Assembly: GCA_030141605.1 (NCBI GenBank) | Contig: JAQGDQ010000072.1 | Coordinates: forward strand, 372,001-436,000 | DNA: 64,000 nucleotides | DNA from: Tubiluchus corallicola | Lineage: Eukaryota; Animalia; Priapulida | Direction: 5' to 3' | Shown: positions 50,781-64,000 of the stretch, piece after piece | Position numbering within the stretch: the stretch's first letter is position 1 | How the letters are laid out: each line of letters starts with the position of its first letter | Position numbers and translations under genes: made by a program | The notes under the pieces: generated by a model | Database searches by the model: none | What the model was told of the DNA's origin: nothing | Seen by the model: the letters and a program-made list of their open reading frames with translations, nothing else

Positions 50781-52049
50781 GTCCATAGTTATAGCAGATA
50801 GTCGGGCATCCACTGAATGATTATTAGGGGAGAGGCATGTAGGTGAGCATTCTTTACCAGAAAGCGAATTCGAATCGAATCAAAATTCGTGACTTTCCTG
50901 GTTACAATTATTGCTGAACATACGGTGATTACTGATTACACGGCACCATCTCCAATCAGGAACTGGAAGGTACTTTTCTATAGGTGCGAGGCACAATGCA
51001 CTATCACTTCTGCCAGATAATCATTAAAAGAGGAAATCAGACATTTAGTAGTAATACCTGCATGCTATTTATTTGTAATGATCATGTAAGAGTTTGTTCA
51101 TTATTCATAATTTACATAAACCGCAATATATGGCACTGCAAGATATATATTGCATCCAAAGGCCTAAAATTGGTTCAAAGTATCTTTCAAAGTAGTACAA
51201 TTAAGTTGATTAATGTATTTACAATTTTTTTGTTAGGATTGTGTATGTTGTTTGATTTTTTTACATATCGTAAACTGATAATTATAACTGCATGATGGAA
51301 TGTTTTCTATATTTTTGCTTTATATAGTAATATATATCTGATGATATAATTATATTAATTAAATATATTTTTTTATTTAGTTACTGACTGTTTCCACAGT
51401 TTGGGATATTGATTATGCATGACCTTTTTACGATCATTTGAGCATGAAATTAAATTGCATGTTATTTTATTTTCTCTAAGTTTATTGAATCATTAATTAA
51501 TATTGATCTGTAGCAGGATTTGCTTGATATCATAAACAGAACTTATATTTTCTTCTTTTTTCCTACCCTACTTGAAATGAATTATTCATATTTACGTCAA
51601 AATTATGTAACAATTTTGTTATTTTCTGGTAATTATATTTTCGTTTCCTAGTTAAAATTTAAAAATTTTATGTATAGAAAGACACAGGCATATGAAGTAC
51701 ATAGTTTAATGAAATAATTTCTTTCTTTTCAATATTACTACAGTACATATAGTTACAGTTTGTGTGTGTGTGCACGTGCGCGCGTGTGTGTATACTTCAG
51801 TTTATATAAAACTAATATGTATTTACAGCACTGCATAATACTAATTTAATACTCAGTTTGGGGTGGCTGATTCGATAATTAATATTACTTGCCACCCCTT
51901 CCCATTTGTTCGTTTTTTTAACTTATACCTGTTTTTCTACATATTCTTATTGGGATGAAAAATAAATGATTTGATTTGCAATGTTATAGTTGATTTAGCG
52001 CCAGAGTTTGAGTGCATGTTCATTGTTGTTCTTGTTTTGGATATTCAAT

Positions 52050-54620
52050 TCAGTTCAATCGATTTTATTTCTTCAACATTCGATTCACGTTATAATATTA
52101 TAGATGTAGAATATTTCAATTACAATTGAGTAGGAGCAGCGAACGACCAATGGGCATTAACTCAGCTGCTTCTTTTTTAACAACAGAATTTTTTGATAGA
52201 CGCAAATGAAAAAGCAAATAAAAAATGTCAAAGTGTAAATATCTTATATCTAACAATCCAAAGGTAAAACAAAAGGCAAACGAAAATCATAAATCAGTTC
52301 AAAGCAAAGCAAAACAAAAAGCAAGCGAAAAATCAGCTCAAAGCAAATGCGAAACAAAAGGCAAACAAAAAATAAAAATATCAGCTCACAACAAGGCAAA
52401 CAAGAAAACGGCTTATATCAAAACTACATGTATAAACATAAATGGCTAACAAAAAATTAACATGAATATGACACAGGGTTCTAGCAAAAACAATAAAACA
52501 AAGCAATCATGTGACATGCTTATACACTAATTCACAATAATTTTGTTGAGTTAATTTTATTACACAACCTTCCACGTATTCCAAAAACAGAAAGCTCATT
52601 TACTTCGCTTCACATCTTTAACTTTTTAAAGAACGCGTTCATATTCTGCATAATAAAAAGAAAACTCATGGTAAAAAATTAACAAGCAATTAATATTATT
52701 CCAATTTTAACGTAGCAATCAAGGGCAAATTTCCTAATTTTCTGTAAATTCAATATTTAGCTATTAAGTTATTTCTTTAAACAATTATCCTCTGGACTAT
52801 TTTGTAAATGTCACATTATGAGTACTTTTCGATTAAATAGTTTTTGTACAATTTAATTATTTGCAATAAAGATCTACAAGAAGTTATTGAACATCTACAT
52901 TATTCCAGAGTTTTGCCCCATTGTGTTGGAGTGTATTAAGACCAAAAGATGTTTTTAATCGTTATTGGTAATAGAGACCACCTGTTGCTGCTCCAGTTCC
53001 ATAGGAATGAGCATCTCTAACTTTTTGAAAGTAATTTTTATATAGCGTTAATAAAGTGCCGTTTTTATATTTAAACATAAAACATTTTAGCAGTTCTAAA
53101 TTGTATACCTCTATGAGCTTTAGTAGTTTTAAGTGTTAGTAAGAAGGCGTTGCTCAATCTCTATATGAAGAAAAAGCCATGCATTTCACAATTTTATTTT
53201 GCACAGTAATTAGTGGTTGAAGAGTAGTGACTTTGCTCTTCCCCATGATAGGATACTATAATGTAGATAATTATGGGGATATTAGTGCATAGTAGATTGA
53301 TAACAGTGCTTTCGATTTTATAAAATGTCTTATTTTAAAGAATATACCGATTATCTGTTAATTTTTAGTGTTATTGTCTATATATATGTGTTTGCCATTT
53401 CATATTATTGTCTACAAAAAACCCAAAATATTTTATTGATGTAGCCTATCTGAGTTCGTTGTTATCCATTTTTTTAAAGTAAATGGTATAACTTCATTTG
53501 AAAATGATATACCACTGATTATCATGTACTTTGTTTTTGAGTAGTTAACAGATATTTTGTTGCTTTTCATCCAAATTGATATCTTCTAAAGTTTCTCATT
53601 CATTCGTAGCTGAAGGCGTTTTATGTCCGAGTCACTAAGGAATAAATTTTATGTCGCCTGCAAAAAGACGTGAATTAAAAATTGAAACAAGGGGCATACC
53701 ATTCATGTAAATAAGGAACAATAATGGTACTAGTGTTGAGCCTTGCAATATTTGACAGTTCATCTTAAGAGGGCTAGATGAATTGTTTTGCACACCTGTA
53801 TGTTGTTGTCTGTTAGTTAGGCACCTTGTTAATAATTTTATTGTGTTTCCCCTAATGCCGTAATGGTCAAGCTTGTGTAAAATTATGTCGTGGGAGACCA
53901 AATCGAATGCTATGGATAAGTCGAGAAAAATTCCGTATGTGTAAATTCGATTATCTAAGTTTTTCAGCATATTTTCAATAAGTTCGGCTGTAGGTATGGA
54001 TGTTGAGTGGTTTTTTCGGAACCCAAATTGGCACTTTGAGAATATACTGTAAGAATTTAAGAAACTGATGAGGCGGTTGTAGATAACACTTTTGTAAACT
54101 CTTGATATTGGTGACAGCATGAAGATTGGACAATAGTTTGTTGGGTTTTCAGGTGAGCTTACTTTGAAAATAGGTGTTGCTCTTGCAATTTTTAGAAAGT
54201 CAGGAAATAGTCCCTGCATAACTGATTGGTTAAAAAGTTTGGTTAAGATAGGAACAAAAGCGAGCTTATAATGTCTGATACGAATATTTTCATGACCAGT
54301 AGATTTTGATTCGTTGAGCTCATCTATTTAGCTTTTTAATTCGGCTACTGTCACTGGGTAGAAGGCTATTGTCTTACTATTTCTGTTTGTTAAGTACCTG
54401 TCAAAGCTAACTGAGATTGGTGGAATTTTTTTAGCCATGTTTTCTACAATAGATTGAAAAAACTCATTAAAGGTGTTTGCAATTTCCAGTTTGTCTGTAA
54501 TTATATACTGCCATTGTGTTTGTTTGGTAAAGTTATGATTTGATTGTTTTTTCCAATATCCTATTGATTTTTTTCCAAGTCTTTTTTATATTATTATTAT
54601 GGACTATAAATAAATTTTCA
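52050..54620 (-). mobile_element. Decayed CR1/L2/Crack-group LINE with 3' UTR
   Basis: ORF 53635-54219: LKIARATPIFK, QFGFRKNHST, GIFLDLSIAFD, HYGIRG, QGSTL; downstream IYYALINPH and IWGK remnants; AATAAA and TTGAA-type tail near 52050-52070. Confidence 0.85.
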
Positions 54621-54629
54621 GAGAAGAAA

Positions 54630-56310
54630 ATGTTATTTACAGTGAGACAAACATTTTCAGTCTCAGTTCACAGAGGAAAGAGGTGACCTCCCCAAACTGC
54701 CGGAATCACCTTATCCAACAATTGAAGATCTGCACATTGGACTGGAAGGTGTCACACTACTGATATGAGTTAAACATGTCAAAAACCGCAGGACCTGATG
54801 AACTACCAGCACGCATTTTTCATGATTTTGTCACAGAATTAGCACCAATGCTACGGTTCATCTTTCAACAACCTTTTAGCACTACAAGTGTACCTGATGG
54901 CTAGAACATTACTTGTGCTACTGCTATACACAAAAAGGGGTCTACTTCTCCAGCTTTAAACTACACACCGATCTCATTAACATGCATGGCCTGTAAAATA
55001 ATGGAGCATATCTGCCTCTGTATCTATAATGGCAACAAACATCTCGACAATTATAACATTATTAAGAGGGTCCAACATGGTTTTCATTTGTGTTTTTCAT
55101 GTTCAAATCAGCTGACAGAGCTGTACACAAATGGACATTAATTTTGCTTTAATGACAAACAAGGCAATGAAGTCTACCAGGCTCATATTGATTTCAGCAG
55201 AGCTTGCAACTGGGTTCCACATCAGCGTCTCTTAGCTAAGTTAGTATTCTATGGTATCAGACATTATATGCTACAAAGGGTCAAATCTTTTCTCTCTGAA
55301 CAGACACAGAAAGTCACTATCAATGGCATTCACTCCAAATCCATAAATGTTACATCAGGAGTCCTCCGTCCTTGGAAAGGCTTTATTCCTCCACATAAAA
55401 GACATCGGTGACAACATATCAGCAAACATCCAACTGTTTGTTGATGACTCAATTGTTTATAGACCTATATGGAGTAATCAAGATCACTACAACAAGATCT
55501 CTCACAACTGCAACTAGGGGGGGGGTTTGGCTTTTGAAGTTTTTGATAAATGCAAAATCTTACTTATTTCTTAAAAGAAATACCCAAATTACTTTCCTTA
55601 CAGTATAGTGACAAAATACTTAGAGCATGTTTCTTCACATCCATACCTGAGCATTACCATCAGCACCAAATCTTCATCAGAGTGAGCACTGCCAGGAAAT
55701 TGCCACTCGTGCAACTGGGCCACTTAATGTTATTTGCAGGATGCTACACCCATGTCAGCAACACAGAAAGAACATATCAAGCCTTGGTCAAGCTCAACTA
55801 GAATAATATGGTATCGCAGTCTGGAATCCATACACAATTACTGACATCAGACACATTGAACAAGTTCAGGGAAATGCAGCAGATTTGTATAAAATGAATA
55901 TACCAGAAATACTGAAGTGTCTAAGATGGTCCCCAAACTCTGGTGAGAAACACTAGAAATCAGACGCTGACAAACGATACTAAACATCTTTCATGATATA
56001 GTGCAGTACAGGATAGGCATCAATTTACCAACTTATACCACCCCATCACTCAAGGATAACAGAAAATTTGTTCAACCAGTAGCAAGAGATTTATACTCCT
56101 AATCCCACCTCGATGGTGCCACCTCACCTAACCTGTCTGTAAAGCTAACCTTTTTTTAGTTTGTTCCCACACCATATTTGATTTCCCTCTCACACCTCTA
56201 ATACCATCACAGGTTAGCAAGTTGTTTTTCTCAGCATTTGTGCTAAATATGTGCACCCCTAACTTCTAGTGTGTCGTTAAAGACTTTTTAGAAGTATATT
56301 GTTCAAGACT
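54630..56310 (+). mobile_element. Decayed CR1/Jockey-group LINE RT fragment
   Basis: KTAGPDELPARI, NYTPISLTC..CKIMEH, QHGF, DFSRA, VTSGV, YQALV, VWNPY remnants with frameshifts. Confidence 0.82.
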
Positions 56311-56528
56311 TCAAGGCGTATAGTATTTTAGTAATAAATCGAAAAGGAATTGAATTTAATGAAACGAATTGAATTGAATTACGCGCTGCGCTTGGCCTTC
56401 TTGCACTGATCAAAGCTCTGGTCAACGGCTCATGGCTACGTTGTACTGGAATGGGAAATGTTCTCAATCAAGATTTCTTCCAGGAAAATTATTATTGTAG
56501 TCTTCATTTTTTGCAAACCCAAGCAGAG

Positions 56529-63125
<6,597 letters not shown>

Positions 63126-63151
63126 TGTTCTCTTGTTTTTGTTATGCATAG

Positions 63152-63209
63152 AACTACCGATGTTGTCGAACTATTCAAGTAAAGGCAAATATCAGTATGA
63201 TGGTGCCTG
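63152..63209 (+). CDS. GGACT: GGACT alternative exon 5b: (E)LPMLSNYSSKGKYQYDGA(W)
   Basis: Polypyrimidine tract plus catag acceptor, phase 1; starts AACTACCGATG versus AATTACCGATG in 5a; TG|gtatgt donor. The downstream end is uncertain. Confidence 0.7.
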
Positions 63210-64000
63210 GTATGTATATGCATGCGTTATTATGTTTTTGTACATGCGAGTCTTTGTTTTGACGTTTCAATTTAGGGCAGCTATACTTTTGTTAAGCCTC
63301 TGATTCTCTTATCTAGACAGTGTTTTCGTAGTTCTATCATCGAGTGAAAACTCAAAGCAAAGCAATAAGTAAATTATGCAGAATGTTTTCTGCTTCTTTT
63401 CTTTACCCTCGAAATTTGCTATTTTAGCCTTTAAATGTGTGATAATGTTAGATTAAAATCATGCTTCTTTGGCCTTGCTATGACCTCGGTTGATTTCTTC
63501 TTGCCTACAACACTGGGGTACAATAAAAAGTGTAAATTGGATTTGACGTTATATAAACTTTGCATACTGTGTTATGCATAATATTATTTCTATTTTATGA
63601 GTAGCATTTTTTCTGGTGCTGAATGTAGTGTTTCTTCCCAAAATGAGTGAGAGGAGTTGTCACTGATTATTTCATCTATTTTTGCTAAAATACAAGTTCT
63701 CATTTTTTAAAGTAAGAACAATATTGTGTAATTTACTCATTTTGCTTAGCGGAGCCTCTTCAAAAGCAGGATTTATTGAGTACTTACACGTTTGTAACAA
63801 TCAGCCTAATAACAGTGATGGTGGTTACTTTACGTGGTTTGCTACTGTCATGTTGTTTCGTTGGTTTGTTGTCCTTCTGACAAGAAAGAAAGTTATTTTG
63901 CACAGATTGCTGTGCAAGTTGAATATTGCATAGTTGTAGTATTAATTACTAAATAAGGTTCTGTTAAACCAAAAAGGAATGTAAATCTGCTAAATGAGAA

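Overview
AT-rich animal (probably invertebrate) genomic DNA with three intron-containing metabolic genes that I reconstructed exon by exon from GT-AG boundaries and reading phase: cytosolic NAD-dependent glycerol-3-phosphate dehydrogenase (GPD1/Gpdh, +, 4669-19135, 349 aa), peroxisomal trans-2-enoyl-CoA reductase (PECR, -, 47889-22677, 301 aa, ends SKL) and gamma-glutamylaminecyclotransferase (GGACT-like, +, 56529-63125). All three genes carry a tandemly duplicated, diverged exon: two 110-nt mutually exclusive GPD1 exons, one of which rewrites the phosphate-binding TTCYGGRNR motif to AGYCGGTNY; two 82-nt PECR exons covering the substrate loop; and two alternative 3' exons in GGACT. Introns and intergenic DNA hold many transposons. 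These include a BEL/Pao LTR element whose 3' LTR contains a Buster-type hAT transposon while its 5' LTR shows an apparent excision footprint at the same site, a solo LTR with clustered heat-shock elements upstream of GPD1, an RTE-X-like LINE inside a (CT)n tract, several MITEs and decayed LINEs. A 32-bp minisatellite is built from about 30 copies of a PECR 5' splice site. No expression data or database searches were available; family assignments rest on recognised motifs.
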